A stretch of 64,000 nt of DNA from an uncultured virus (IMG/VR IMGVR_UViG_3300011258_000929) (IMGVR_UViG_3300011258_000929); one strand, 5' to 3'; positions 20,548 to 31,357 are shown, counted from the first letter of the stretch. Notes: generated by a model not told the origin, from the letters alone. Numbers and translations: made by a program.

Positions 20548-20601
20548 TTAATCACCTTTCTATCTAGTGGTAATTACAACTTCTTAATGAAGGTTGCGTA
20601 A

Positions 20602-21012
20602 TTACTCTTCTTCGGTTTTGGCCTTAGAAGTTTGTTTTTTAGGGGTGGGTTTCTTAGAAGTTGTCTTTTTTGGTGTAGATTTTCTTGTTGCTCTTTTAGC
20701 CGTAGCCTTCAACTTTTCGGGAACAGTTGGCTTAACCTTTGCAGGAAGAAGCCTTGTCTCAAGTTCATGGGCTTGGCAATTAAAATAAGAAGTAAGCATA
20801 TTCTGTTCTCTTTCGGGAAGAGAAGACAATTCTTCTCTATCGTCTTCAACAAAAAGTACTTCGATGTTTTTACCACCGTAATAACGAGATGCTACCAAGA
20901 CGGAAACTGATTTAGCCTCCGTCTTGGTAACTTCAATCATTCCTTCGACACCATTACGCACTACAAGAGATTCAGCCTTTCGGTATGAGTCCTTTAATCG
21001 TAGAGTTGCCAA
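20602..21012 (-). CDS. Hypothetical protein with Lys/Thr/Pro-rich basic tail
   Basis: KKTTSKKPTPKKQTSKAK C-terminus. Confidence 0.5.
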   Translation of the reverse strand: MATLRLKDSYRKAESLVVRNGVEGMIEVTKTEAKSVSVLVASRYYGGKNIEVLFVEDDREELSSLPEREQNMLTSYFNCQAHELETRLLPAKVKPTVPEKLKATAKRATRKSTPKKTTSKKPTPKKQTSKAKTEEE

Positions 21013-21023
21013 ATTAAATCACC

Positions 21024-21602
21024 TCAAAGGTTTCCTATTACTTCAACGACAATATATCCCAAATCACTTACTACCGCATTAGCACCAGTAGACATTACAG
21101 TTGCACCAAGTTCTAGTGTGCTACTTGATAGTCCTAGAGTTGTTTCTCCGCTTGTTCCAACTATTTTGTTGAAAGAATGTAGAGTGGATTCTTGACCTAT
21201 TACCTTAAACGAACTGATGGTACTTAGTCCAAAACTAGAAGCACTTAGAAGTTCGTATGTTGGTGTAATCGTTATTTCATCATTAGTAGCATCAGCCGTA
21301 ATACCATTTGATTCTACAACGATTTGCGCCGCATCAGCCGAAACAACTACTTTAACGCCGTCGTTTCCGCCAGTTGCCGCACTACCAATAGTAATGTGTC
21401 TACCGACAGCAGGTATTGTAAATGCAGTGCCGCTAGCATGTGCAATGATTTCTTGAGCATTGTCAAAATCTACAGTGCTTGTAACCGCCGCATCTCTATA
21501 CGCAGTAATGTTTACCTTTGCTCTTACGACATACTCATCACCCAATACTTTAGGGCCATCATGTCCTTTATGGTCTGCCAATAATGTAACTGTATGTGTC
21601 AT
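21024..21602 (-). CDS. Putative capsid decoration/minor capsid protein
   Basis: Directly downstream of MCP; small-residue rich. Confidence 0.45.
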   Translation of the reverse strand: MTHTVTLLADHKGHDGPKVLGDEYVVRAKVNITAYRDAAVTSTVDFDNAQEIIAHASGTAFTIPAVGRHITIGSAATGGNDGVKVVVSADAAQIVVESNGITADATNDEITITPTYELLSASSFGLSTISSFKVIGQESTLHSFNKIVGTSGETTLGLSSSTLELGATVMSTGANAVVSDLGYIVVEVIGNL

Positions 21603-21611
21603 TTAAACACC

Positions 21612-22958
21612 TCAAGCCACATTTGTAATTTTGCCTTGACCCTTAAAGAAAGAACAACCAACTTCACCAATTGTTCGGTAAAGTGCTTGGTTTCCTAGAC
21701 GACCAACACCAAATGGGTTTCCGTTTGCCATACCGTCTTCAAAGTATTGAGTCGGCTTAAGAACAGACAACCATAGATGGTCGGTATCAAGGAAAAGCAA
21801 ATCGCTAAGTCCACTATCGGAAGAGTTCATTGTTGAAGTCATATCCTTACAAGGAATAAGGGGAATGTCGTAGTAGGTTGCCACACGGAAACCAACTTCA
21901 GCACCCTTAATTCCACGAACACCATTATGTGTCGGGATAACTTCCTTTCTATCCATGAATCTTTCTTGGCTTTGTAGCAAATCAGCAATTGCTTGAATAG
22001 TGTCATATCCAGTAAGAATACACTTAGGAGAGCCACCTGCAATTCTCAAGTTGCGAATCATGTTGTTAAGCAAAGTAAGAGTCAATGGTCGAACCGACGA
22101 AGCCGCATAAGAAGAGTTGAAGTCTACTTCTGCATCAAGGAAAGAACCCGCAGTAAATCTCTCATCACCGTAGATTTGAGCGAGTGCGTTTGTAGCATCA
22201 TTCATTGTATCAGTCATAAGAACTCCGCCATCAGCCGCTAGAAGTTCTGCTCGACTTGAAACGACCTTCAAAAGAGAAGTATAGTTTCTTTCAATATTTG
22301 CTAGAGCCGAAACTTCACCATAAACTTGAACAGGCATAAGGAGCATCTTGTTTTGTGCTTCTGCGTGTGCTTTACCCATGTCTTCACGAATAATAGCCCG
22401 AATATCTCCGAGTCCATCATCAATTTGAGCCATTTCCATAGCAAGTTCGGAAATATCGAACTGATGTGCAATAGTCTTAGGACTCATAAAGAGTTGAGCG
22501 TAAGTTGGAGACATTGAACCAAGTCCATCAGCCGCAGTAGAAAGTCCTGCGTTTTCGGGAACGCCACCAATTTCATCAGCGTGTGGGTTTGCGCCACCAA
22601 GTCCGTTAGCGGAAGAACCGTCACCAGTAATATCCACTGCAAGTTTAGAATCCGAACCACCAAAAGGTCGGCTCTTTAGTATTCTCCAACCGGATGAAGT
22701 GTAAGGTCGCTTTGATAGCATAGCGAGAGCATTAACTTCTCGGTTTAGCATAGACCAAACTTTTTGTCCGTATAGTTGATTATACATTCCAGTTGTACTA
22801 CCAATACCAGTTACGCCGGATGCTCCTGCGTCTGCAATATCGTGTGCAGTGTGTAGTCCTTGAACTGCACCTGCTTGTTTCAATAGGGAGTTACCGCCAA
22901 AGGCAGGTAGTCCATATGTCGCCGCTTCTAAATCTCTTATTGTGTTAATATATCCCAT
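21612..22958 (-). CDS. Major capsid protein (HK97 fold)
   Basis: Follows prohead protease; 448 aa; LSKRPY and VATYYDIPLI...LLFLDTDHL patterns. Confidence 0.8.
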   Translation of the reverse strand: MGYINTIRDLEAATYGLPAFGGNSLLKQAGAVQGLHTAHDIADAGASGVTGIGSTTGMYNQLYGQKVWSMLNREVNALAMLSKRPYTSSGWRILKSRPFGGSDSKLAVDITGDGSSANGLGGANPHADEIGGVPENAGLSTAADGLGSMSPTYAQLFMSPKTIAHQFDISELAMEMAQIDDGLGDIRAIIREDMGKAHAEAQNKMLLMPVQVYGEVSALANIERNYTSLLKVVSSRAELLAADGGVLMTDTMNDATNALAQIYGDERFTAGSFLDAEVDFNSSYAASSVRPLTLTLLNNMIRNLRIAGGSPKCILTGYDTIQAIADLLQSQERFMDRKEVIPTHNGVRGIKGAEVGFRVATYYDIPLIPCKDMTSTMNSSDSGLSDLLFLDTDHLWLSVLKPTQYFEDGMANGNPFGVGRLGNQALYRTIGEVGCSFFKGQGKITNVA

Positions 22959-22968
22959 TTAATTCACC

Positions 22969-24159
22969 TCAAATGTTTCCGCCGACTGCTTTATGAATAT
23001 CGCCCCAAGACATTTCAGCAATCTCTTCTGTAGAGAAAACCTTTGTCGTTGTTGCGGCTTCTGTAGCCTTGCGAATGTTGTTCTTTTCTGTTGTAAGAGA
23101 TTTGCGTAGTTCAGCAAACTCATTTGTAAGTGCGGTAATTTCTGCTTGAGCATCATATTCCGACTTAGCAACCATAGTTTCTCTATGAGCAGTTTCTTGT
23201 GCAAATCTCTTAGCAAAAGTTCCTGCTAGGTTATCGTAAGCCAACTTTTCTAGTTGTTCTGCTCGGAATTGGGCATATGCCTTCTCGATGTTTTCAGCAC
23301 TCAAGTTAAGAGTGTTAAACTCGGAGTTGTCAAATGCCTTTGAAACCATACCTTCTTTCTTTGCTTGAAGTCCTGCTTGTTCCATAGGCTTTCCTGCTCC
23401 ACCTAGGTTTTCATCATCGTTACCGTCAAGAGTAGTGGCTTTCTTTTCTTCATCCATATACTCCATAGATTCTTCTTCGACTTCCATCATTTCTTCTTCC
23501 ATTTTCTCATTCAATGGGTGGCCTTGTCCCTTATCCATTGATGGTTCTTCTTCTTCTTTACGCAGGGTATTGACTTCCTCAAGAAGAGTGTCAAGTTCTG
23601 CCAGTGCTTTTTCTAATTTGCTCATATTTTTGTCCTCCTTTAATATATCGAACTTCGCTTCGGGATTGATTCCTTTTTCACATATGGTTACTTCATGTAG
23701 TTCGAGTTTGCTTATTTCGCTATACTCTCCCAATTCTTCATGGCGCTTCTTCACTTTTTGTAAAGCCTGTCCCCCTATGCTAAAACTCCTCAATGTTCCT
23801 TTGCGAATACTTCTGTTTATCTCTTTGGCTTTTTCAATATCATCTCTTAATTTTATTACTACAAAAAACCCGACATCATCTACTTCTGTTTTCCATAGTT
23901 TGCCGCTTGAATCTCTATATGATTGAATGACTTCTCCGACTTGAACATTTGAATGGTTTGTCATTACATTTCTAAACTTGTTCTTTTCCATGAACTTTAC
24001 TACTGCTTCATTTAGTGCCTTAAGAGTAATTAAGTCGTTTTGTTTATCCACCATTTCAATAGAAGCATAACCACCAATCATTAATTCGTCGCTTTTTGCT
24101 TTAATGATTGTGAAGTCATTTTCCTTTTGAGCAATAATGGTGTTTAACATATTGCTCAA
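22969..24159 (-). CDS. Prohead protease fused to scaffold
   Basis: IGGYAS...DKQND...NH...SFSIGG...LHEVT...NPEA HK97-type protease, acidic coiled C-terminal half. Confidence 0.85.
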   Translation of the reverse strand: MSNMLNTIIAQKENDFTIIKAKSDELMIGGYASIEMVDKQNDLITLKALNEAVVKFMEKNKFRNVMTNHSNVQVGEVIQSYRDSSGKLWKTEVDDVGFFVVIKLRDDIEKAKEINRSIRKGTLRSFSIGGQALQKVKKRHEELGEYSEISKLELHEVTICEKGINPEAKFDILKEDKNMSKLEKALAELDTLLEEVNTLRKEEEEPSMDKGQGHPLNEKMEEEMMEVEEESMEYMDEEKKATTLDGNDDENLGGAGKPMEQAGLQAKKEGMVSKAFDNSEFNTLNLSAENIEKAYAQFRAEQLEKLAYDNLAGTFAKRFAQETAHRETMVAKSEYDAQAEITALTNEFAELRKSLTTEKNNIRKATEAATTTKVFSTEEIAEMSWGDIHKAVGGNI

Positions 24160-24179
24160 ACCATCTTGTTAAACTTCGA

Positions 24180-26705
24180 CTATATAACTTGTTCTGTATT
24201 ATTAGGTAAATCAATGTCAATATACTTGTCTTTATAGATATTCCAAACGCCTTCATCGCTCTCTTTATCTACAGGTTTTTGCTCATAGCCAGTCCAAGCG
24301 AGCCACATTTTTTTACCATCTACGGGAATAACTCGGAAATGTATTTTAGTTTCAAACTTATTACCTTGAATAATGTATTCGTGATATCCGTGTCTTTGGA
24401 CTCCTATCTCTACAGTACCTTCATCTATTAATTGTCCCTTTTCTATATTCTTAGATATTTTAGCAGGGTATTTGTTTGCTTTACCAAACAAAGAGAATAT
24501 ATCATCATCATTAGGAAGGTCAATAAGCCAAGCGAGAGTTTCTCCTTTATGTTTAATGATAAAGTCTAAATTGTCGTCTTTTCTAGAATATATTTTGAAC
24601 TCGGACATTTCTTTTGTTATTTCTGTTTCATCTATGTGCAACTTACCATTAGAAAAAGAAATACCCTCTCTTTGATTAGCCCAGTTTTTTACATCTTTGT
24701 CCGAAGCCTTTGATAGTACCTTTAGCATTTTAGAAGAGTCACTATCAAAAAGGGTTTCATATTCGCTTGGCATTTTTTCTCTCAAATACAAGTGTACTTC
24801 TTTAGGAGTCTGTGGGCCTTTTTCTTTTATTCTGTTTTTTATAGCAACAGTAATTTTTCCTTGTATTGTTTTCAATGTTAATTCTGCTTCTTCTTTCCAC
24901 ATATCTAAGTCGGCTAGTGCGTTTTTAGACATTAAATTAGATTCTTCAAATCCATAAATTGTAAAACCATCCATTGACTTAGCAATCAATACTGCTTCGC
25001 CATGTATGTTATCAGTAATGGTGATTCCCTTTTTCAACGCCTCTATTTTATATTTTAAAGAAGGCTTAGTATTCTTAGATAACATCTCTAAAGTAACTAT
25101 TTTATCGGGAGTCTCTACTTCGGGGACTTCAATAACATTAGCGGAATAGAGAGTGTACCTACCATCGGATTCCTTGACTTCATCTACCTTTACTCTAATA
25201 ATGTCTCCGACTTTAACATTGGTTTTAGTATTCAATGCCTTTCCGACATTCATGTATAGAGTACCATTTAATTCAACAATGTGCTTTCCTTCTTCTAGAG
25301 ATGGCCCTGCTCCTAAAGTGTAAGAGTATAAGTTTGATTTTGTAGTTTTCTTATCTAGAACAATCATATCCAAATCTATAAACTTCTTCCATTTAATCCA
25401 TTTAGGATTTTTCTTAGTACCTATAAAATAAGTAGATGTTAAATCCTTTATGACAACTCCTTCGGAAGTCGGCATCTCCATAATCTCCTTAGCATACTCT
25501 TCTATGTCTTTTAGAGAGTCGGCAGTTCTAGTGTCTTTCTTAGAAGGGAAGTGTAGGGCATCCGATGTCTTGGCTGAATAGTTGTTAAAAAGAATATTGA
25601 TTCTTTGTTCTAGTTCCTCATCCGTCATGTTCTTTTCATCATGTCTCATTATGTCAAAAACATGTGCCTTAAGTTTGGCATTAGGATATTTATTTTTGAA
25701 TACATGTGAGATAGTGTCGGCTCTATGTAGAGCGTCTTCACCGTCAAATAATATTAGTTCAGCATCTAGTATGCAATCCCCATAAGACTTCTTCTTCATT
25801 TCAGTAACTTGGTCGGGACACTTATCAGTAATATCCTTTTCATTATATGAATAGATTTTAACTTGATTGTCTATTTTATGTATTTGTATTCTCATACCAT
25901 CATACTTTTCTTGAACTAAGTAGTCGCCGGAAAAACCTTGTAGTTCCTGCATGTCTTCTATGTCGAATATTCTATACATTGGTTTGTTTGGTATGATGAA
26001 GTGAGATATTGATTTTTCTTCTGTGGATTTTTTCTCGGCTTTTTTAAGTTCCACTTGGGTAAGAGCATTCCACTTTTCTTCGGAGTATTTTTCTATGAAC
26101 TTCTCTTGTAGTAGTTTTAATGCCTGTTTGAAACTAGACTCTACCTTTTTACTGTCTTTATTATCACCATAATGTTCTATTACAAACAATGGTATGTCTT
26201 TAACTTGAAGGTCTAATCCTTCCAAACCATCGGTAATGTCATCTCCTTGAAACTCCATTGATTCATAGAAGTCTTCGGGTAGTGCGTCATCGTCGGAACG
26301 AATAGCATAATGAATAAACTTTACAAATGTGCTTTTGTCCGACAATAGGCTCTCTAAAACATTACCTTTGAACTTTTTAGCGAATGGGTCATTAACATTT
26401 TCCGAGTCAAAACGCATTTGTTTAATTGCCTCATAGACAATTTTTGCACTACCACTAGACGGACTTCCTGCATCATCAGCCTCTACATGGCGTTCATCAA
26501 GGTATTCTTTTATCTCTTTACCTAGAGGGGATATAGAATCATACGCTTCTTTTATTTCTTCTAGTGCGTTTCTCCAACGACCCCCGTATTCTTTAGGGTC
26601 AGTTCGTGCTGATAAATAGGCTACTCGTACCTTTTCAAAAAGTGAAAGTATTTCATTTGAGATTGGGTTGCTGTCCTTCTCAAACATTAAGCCAGTGGTT
26701 GCCAT
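24180..26705 (-). CDS. lig: ATP-dependent DNA ligase with N- and C-terminal extensions
   Basis: EKYDGMRIQ (KxDG), LDAEL, FDIM, EGVVIK, WIKWK motifs. Confidence 0.9.
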   Translation of the reverse strand: MATTGLMFEKDSNPISNEILSLFEKVRVAYLSARTDPKEYGGRWRNALEEIKEAYDSISPLGKEIKEYLDERHVEADDAGSPSSGSAKIVYEAIKQMRFDSENVNDPFAKKFKGNVLESLLSDKSTFVKFIHYAIRSDDDALPEDFYESMEFQGDDITDGLEGLDLQVKDIPLFVIEHYGDNKDSKKVESSFKQALKLLQEKFIEKYSEEKWNALTQVELKKAEKKSTEEKSISHFIIPNKPMYRIFDIEDMQELQGFSGDYLVQEKYDGMRIQIHKIDNQVKIYSYNEKDITDKCPDQVTEMKKKSYGDCILDAELILFDGEDALHRADTISHVFKNKYPNAKLKAHVFDIMRHDEKNMTDEELEQRINILFNNYSAKTSDALHFPSKKDTRTADSLKDIEEYAKEIMEMPTSEGVVIKDLTSTYFIGTKKNPKWIKWKKFIDLDMIVLDKKTTKSNLYSYTLGAGPSLEEGKHIVELNGTLYMNVGKALNTKTNVKVGDIIRVKVDEVKESDGRYTLYSANVIEVPEVETPDKIVTLEMLSKNTKPSLKYKIEALKKGITITDNIHGEAVLIAKSMDGFTIYGFEESNLMSKNALADLDMWKEEAELTLKTIQGKITVAIKNRIKEKGPQTPKEVHLYLREKMPSEYETLFDSDSSKMLKVLSKASDKDVKNWANQREGISFSNGKLHIDETEITKEMSEFKIYSRKDDNLDFIIKHKGETLAWLIDLPNDDDIFSLFGKANKYPAKISKNIEKGQLIDEGTVEIGVQRHGYHEYIIQGNKFETKIHFRVIPVDGKKMWLAWTGYEQKPVDKESDEGVWNIYKDKYIDIDLPNNTEQVI

Positions 26706-26711
26706 ACCGCA

Positions 26712-27170
26712 TCACTGTGGGTTAAGTTCATACTTAGGTAGTTCTTTTTGTATTGCCCTAAACCGCTTCGCCGTTTCGTCAAGAATGCCTTCTATACTGT
26801 CAGTATCAACATCATTTGAATTTCTTACTAAATCAAGAATCCCAGTAGTTAAATCATCTACTATATTATCAATAGTGCCAACAAATACACCCGCAAACAT
26901 GCGATTACTAGGTTGGTATCGTTCCTCTTCTTTTATGTGGCTAATGTCTTCGGCTTTACCAATAGTTTCTCCACCCATACCGTAGCCTTCTTTCTTTTGA
27001 TTTACATTATAGTTTTCAGCCTTTGGCCTCTTAACTTTAACATGTTCAACTTCATCATCATAAGGAAGTTCTGTAGAACTACCTACTAGTTTAATAGTCT
27101 CTTTTGCTTTGCGAACAAGTCTAATCGCTCTACTAATTTCTGCCTCTTCCTTAGTCATTTTCTCCGGCAT
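26712..27170 (-). CDS. Hypothetical head-region protein
   Basis: ORF in operon. Confidence 0.45.
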   Translation of the reverse strand: MPEKMTKEEAEISRAIRLVRKAKETIKLVGSSTELPYDDEVEHVKVKRPKAENYNVNQKKEGYGMGGETIGKAEDISHIKEEERYQPSNRMFAGVFVGTIDNIVDDLTTGILDLVRNSNDVDTDSIEGILDETAKRFRAIQKELPKYELNPQ

Positions 27171-27172
27171 AT

Positions 27173-27400
27173 TTACTGTCCTCCATTTACGAATCTCTCA
27201 ATGTCACTCCAACTCATTTTATGAATTGCGTCACTATCGGGCACTGTGCTGTTGTTCATTGAAGGAGTTGGTGAATCAACTACAACAAAACCGGACTTCA
27301 TTAATAGATTATCCTTGTTGTAAACGGCTGTTTCTAGTTCTCTAATCCTGCCGACTAATTCTTTCAAAATAACCAACATGTCTTCGTTTGTATCACTCAT
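27173..27400 (-). CDS. Mini scaffold-like protein
   Basis: C-terminus IHKMSWSDIERFVNGGQ matches protease-scaffold C-terminus IAEMSWGDIHKAVGGNI. Confidence 0.5.
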   Translation of the reverse strand: MSDTNEDMLVILKELVGRIRELETAVYNKDNLLMKSGFVVVDSPTPSMNNSTVPDSDAIHKMSWSDIERFVNGGQ

Positions 27401-27743
27401 CTCTCAAATCCCCTTTTCTCTTAGGATATACAATTGACCGTAAATCTCGGTACAGCAACTCATACTCCTTACGGAGTTTGCTCGACAACGCAACCATATC
27501 AATGTTCCTCTCATCAATACTTACAAACTTCTTTTTCATTTTATCATCGGCCTTAACTAAATCCAAATCTCTTAGCATATCAATTAACTCCCCCATTCTA
27601 GTAAAATCCTGCCCGAAATATTCTGTTGGTTCGGCTGATTGAAGGGTCTTCTTCAAAGACTTCTTCTTTTTCTTATCCATACTTTCTAGTATAGGGCTAT
27701 ACTCTTTTTCAATCTGTTCTTTCAATATGTATTCCCAAGTCAT
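27393..27743 (-). CDS. W-tag protein (MTWEYILK)
   Basis: Shared N-terminal motif. Confidence 0.55.
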   Translation of the reverse strand: MTWEYILKEQIEKEYSPILESMDKKKKKSLKKTLQSAEPTEYFGQDFTRMGELIDMLRDLDLVKADDKMKKKFVSIDERNIDMVALSSKLRKEYELLYRDLRSIVYPKRKGDLRDE

Positions 27744-29482
27744 TCTTGTTCACTTTCCTTTTGGTTTCTTTCTCTAAATTGTCTTTGCAATATTTCTTCA
27801 ATATTTAACATAGACTGTCTTATTTTTTGCGCTTCTTTTTTGCCTAGAAGTATAATTTCACCTTGAACTTTAACATCTCTAAGAATAATGTCTAAGAGTT
27901 TTACTTTTTCTTCATTAACAGGATTATCCTTAAGAGAATCATATACAGAAATATAATCTTCGGGTAGTTTCTTTCCCTTCTTTTGCTTCATCTGTTCGGT
28001 AGTAATCTTACCATACATTGCTGTTTTCTTTTCATCATAGAACCATCCTTCTAGTTCTGTTTTTAGAATGTCTCGAATATTTTCACCTAAATCTATAAGT
28101 TTATCAAAGTTGTTGAAAAACGAAGTGTATGTTTTTTGTTCACTATCATCGAGTAGTTTTTTTTTAGTTCTAGATTGAAAATCAGTTAAACCGTCTTTTG
28201 GTGAGTAGTCATATTCCGTAATTTTATACACATTGTCATTCAATTCCTTCAAAAGAGAAACTATTTTAAGAACATCTCCTCTGTTTTTAGCATTACCCGC
28301 AGTCAATACTTTATAGATATCAGCCGGTTTGTTTGTTTCAACTTTTTTGAGATATCTGTTCAATCTAGAAAGTAAGTCTCTATGATGTTTCATAGTACTT
28401 TCTCTTATCGAGTTTTTCTTTTTACCCGACTTAGTATTATCCATTTCATCTCGAAGGTCAATAAAATAACTACTTAGTTTAATTATATTGCTTGCGTCTT
28501 CTTTGTGAGTTTTTTTTGCTTGGTTTAGTTTATCCGCATTGTTTTTAAAGCGTTTTTTCTTAGCAAAATAAGTGTCATTGACTTGTTTTTTTAGTTTATC
28601 TAGACTTGAAAGTATTGGCTCTATTACTCTTTTTCTAGTTTTAGGGTCTATTGATATGTCGGGTTTTGCGTCGTCATCAAATGATGTTCTTGTTATCTCT
28701 AGACTTGCAGTTTTATTTAACATCAACAACAAGTTACCATATTCTCCATAATTTTTTAATTTCTTTAGTGCTTCCATAAACTCACTATAGAAAGACTCGC
28801 TTTCATTGGGGAAAAGGATTTCAAACACTTTAGTAGTTGGTTCTAATTCTACTTCTTCTGTTTCTTTATCGGGCTTTTGTTCTAAAATCTGCAAATTTTC
28901 ATCACTTATGCTTTCTTCTAAAAGTGCTATAGTTTCTTCTTTAATATTATTAAAGTGGTTTTTTAAGAACTTATTATACAACGCATTAACTTTCTTAAGT
29001 TCTTTGACATTTTCGGAAATTAAAGCCCTCAATTCTTTTTCAGGTACAATAGTTTTTTCATCATCGTCTATCATTGCCTGTGTATTTTCAATTTGGCCCG
29101 AATAATATTCCATGTCTTTTTTATACTCGTAATAGGTATCTCCAATTGACTGCCCACCAAGTTTAACTTTTTCATAATCAAGTATAGGTTCATACGGAAA
29201 GACCTCTTTTTCAAAATATTCAAGGTCTTCCCCATTAGGACTTTTCAGTTTGTTGTCCTTAGTCACTTGGTATTTTATTTTAGATACAGTAAATGCCTTT
29301 ATTTTTTTAATTGCTTCTTTTGTTTCGGTTTTATAGGCTTCGTATTCACTAGGTTCAGTTATTTCACGAAATTCGACTGCCCACTTTTCCTCTCCGTCAT
29401 CATCCAATCCAAGACTTACTGTTGTAGGAACTCTACTAACTCTAGGAGTATCGGGGAGTTTAGTAGCCTTTTCGATTGTCAT
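27740..29482 (-). CDS. Lys/Glu-rich helical protein
   Basis: 580-aa ORF in head module. Confidence 0.5.
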   Translation of the reverse strand: MTIEKATKLPDTPRVSRVPTTVSLGLDDDGEEKWAVEFREITEPSEYEAYKTETKEAIKKIKAFTVSKIKYQVTKDNKLKSPNGEDLEYFEKEVFPYEPILDYEKVKLGGQSIGDTYYEYKKDMEYYSGQIENTQAMIDDDEKTIVPEKELRALISENVKELKKVNALYNKFLKNHFNNIKEETIALLEESISDENLQILEQKPDKETEEVELEPTTKVFEILFPNESESFYSEFMEALKKLKNYGEYGNLLLMLNKTASLEITRTSFDDDAKPDISIDPKTRKRVIEPILSSLDKLKKQVNDTYFAKKKRFKNNADKLNQAKKTHKEDASNIIKLSSYFIDLRDEMDNTKSGKKKNSIRESTMKHHRDLLSRLNRYLKKVETNKPADIYKVLTAGNAKNRGDVLKIVSLLKELNDNVYKITEYDYSPKDGLTDFQSRTKKKLLDDSEQKTYTSFFNNFDKLIDLGENIRDILKTELEGWFYDEKKTAMYGKITTEQMKQKKGKKLPEDYISVYDSLKDNPVNEEKVKLLDIILRDVKVQGEIILLGKKEAQKIRQSMLNIEEILQRQFRERNQKESEQE

Positions 29483-29486
29483 ACAA

Positions 29487-29711
29487 TCACCACTTGTTTT
29501 CGGTTTTTCTTCTCTTCTTAACAGGTAGTTGTACTACATCGGGTGTATCTGCTGAACCTCTAGATGGCTTATGGCTTGTATCGGGAGGCAAACCACCAAC
29601 TGAATAGTCTCTATTCTTAGTAGTGTTTCTATCCTCGGCGGCTCTTTTAGAACGAACCTGTGCCAGTTCTTTTGCTAGTCTTCTTTCTTTCTGTGCTATG
29701 TCTTCTGTCAT
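29487..29711 (-). CDS. Small basic hypothetical protein
   Basis: Coupled to portal stop. Confidence 0.45.
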   Translation of the reverse strand: MTEDIAQKERRLAKELAQVRSKRAAEDRNTTKNRDYSVGGLPPDTSHKPSRGSADTPDVVQLPVKKRRKTENKW

Positions 29712-31357
29712 TATGGTATTCTCCTTTCACTTCTTCTATCCACATTTTGATTACCTGCATCCGCCGGTAGTCCTGTCATTCGCTTATCCGGCCCTACGCT
29801 CATTGATGGTTTATTTCTTGTGGTTGCCGGATTCTCTTGAGGTTTAGAACCTCCTTCCATCATGTTTCTCATATTCTCATCTAAATCTCTTTGGTCTAAA
29901 TTAGAACCTGCTAGTGGGTCTATGCCACTTTCGGCCTTATTTTCTTCTTGAGGTTTTTCTTCTACAGGTTCGGGTTTCTTAAAAGTAAAGTTACCGTCTT
30001 CATCCATATCCACTTCAAATCCTAGATTCTTAACAGAAGCCGCAATATTAACTTCTATTTCTCTCTTACGAAGAACGGCTATTTCATCCTCTTCTTCCGA
30101 AGGAGGTAGTTTCAAGACCCAATCCGTTACTCCGAATTGTTTAACTAAGAACGGGAATACATAATTATTATACACATTTTGAGCCATTTGAACTGCTCGA
30201 TTAGTTACAAGGATTTGCATACCTTCATTATTTAATCCCCCACTAGTGGTATTATCAGCCATGAAAACTTTACTCACTCCATAGAATGCTGATATTCTAT
30301 CTCTTAAGTCATCCTTAACAGCCGTATATTCCATCTCTTTTAGACTATCCATAAACTTAATCCATTCAACAGAACCCTTTCCATTCTCGGCTTCTATACC
30401 CATTACAGGAATGTAGTGGGGGTCTTGTTCCATTCTTTCTTTTACACTTCTCCAAAAACTAGACATTGATTCCATGTTTCTAGTTTGAACTGCTAGCAAT
30501 CCTCTAGGCATTCTACTCTTTGTATATGATGAATTAATATAATTCTCCATAGCAATTAGCGTCATAATGTGATTGAATAGTGTCATAACCGGAGAATGCC
30601 CGTATAGTCTACTAGGGCTATACTTACTAAAGTGTAGAACTTCTCCCTCAATGTAGTGTTGTTCTTCACCATTGGCCCTATTTACATAATGAATAGGGAA
30701 CAGTGGACTGCCACAATCATTACAATTTTCATGGGCTTCTTGAGAGATGTACCCTCTATGATTAATACAAGTAAATCCCTTAGTGCCTCTAATACCTAAT
30801 TCATCGGCGTAGATACTCATAGTAACAGGGTCGCCTCTAAACAATTCCTTTATTCTGTGCATTCGGATTTTACCATTACCGTCTAGGTAGTATTCCTTAA
30901 CAAGAACAATATACGCATCATCCATAATGTTTAGGTCGTCTTCTAATTCTTTGAATACATCAATGAATAGTTGTTCGGACTTATTGACATATCCTTCAAC
31001 AAACTTTTCAGCATACTCCAATTGTTTTGGGTCGGGTTTCTTTAGATTGGTTGAACCACACCTAGCACATTCTGTAACGGGTCTTTTATGTGTTTTTTGA
31101 CATTCATTGCATCGGGCTTCGTATGCTTTTTCCCAAACATAGCCCCTTCTAAATATCTCCTGCTTTAGTTGAGTAATACAAGTTCGGACAATAACAGACT
31201 GTTGAGTAATGTTATAGACCATTGGCCCAGTCATCATGTAAGAGTTTTCACGCTCTTGTATTCCGATGTTGTAGACCTTTCTATCAGCCGGTTTAGGGGT
31301 AGACCGTCGAAACAAATTGCTTATTTTGAATTGTCTCTTTTCCGCCATAGCACTCAT
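29711..31357 (-). CDS. Portal protein with Zn-ribbon insertions
   Basis: YGHSP, PRGLL, ISAFYGVS portal motifs; CNEC/CARC and CINH/CNDC clusters. Confidence 0.85.
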   Translation of the reverse strand: MSAMAEKRQFKISNLFRRSTPKPADRKVYNIGIQERENSYMMTGPMVYNITQQSVIVRTCITQLKQEIFRRGYVWEKAYEARCNECQKTHKRPVTECARCGSTNLKKPDPKQLEYAEKFVEGYVNKSEQLFIDVFKELEDDLNIMDDAYIVLVKEYYLDGNGKIRMHRIKELFRGDPVTMSIYADELGIRGTKGFTCINHRGYISQEAHENCNDCGSPLFPIHYVNRANGEEQHYIEGEVLHFSKYSPSRLYGHSPVMTLFNHIMTLIAMENYINSSYTKSRMPRGLLAVQTRNMESMSSFWRSVKERMEQDPHYIPVMGIEAENGKGSVEWIKFMDSLKEMEYTAVKDDLRDRISAFYGVSKVFMADNTTSGGLNNEGMQILVTNRAVQMAQNVYNNYVFPFLVKQFGVTDWVLKLPPSEEEDEIAVLRKREIEVNIAASVKNLGFEVDMDEDGNFTFKKPEPVEEKPQEENKAESGIDPLAGSNLDQRDLDENMRNMMEGGSKPQENPATTRNKPSMSVGPDKRMTGLPADAGNQNVDRRSERRIP

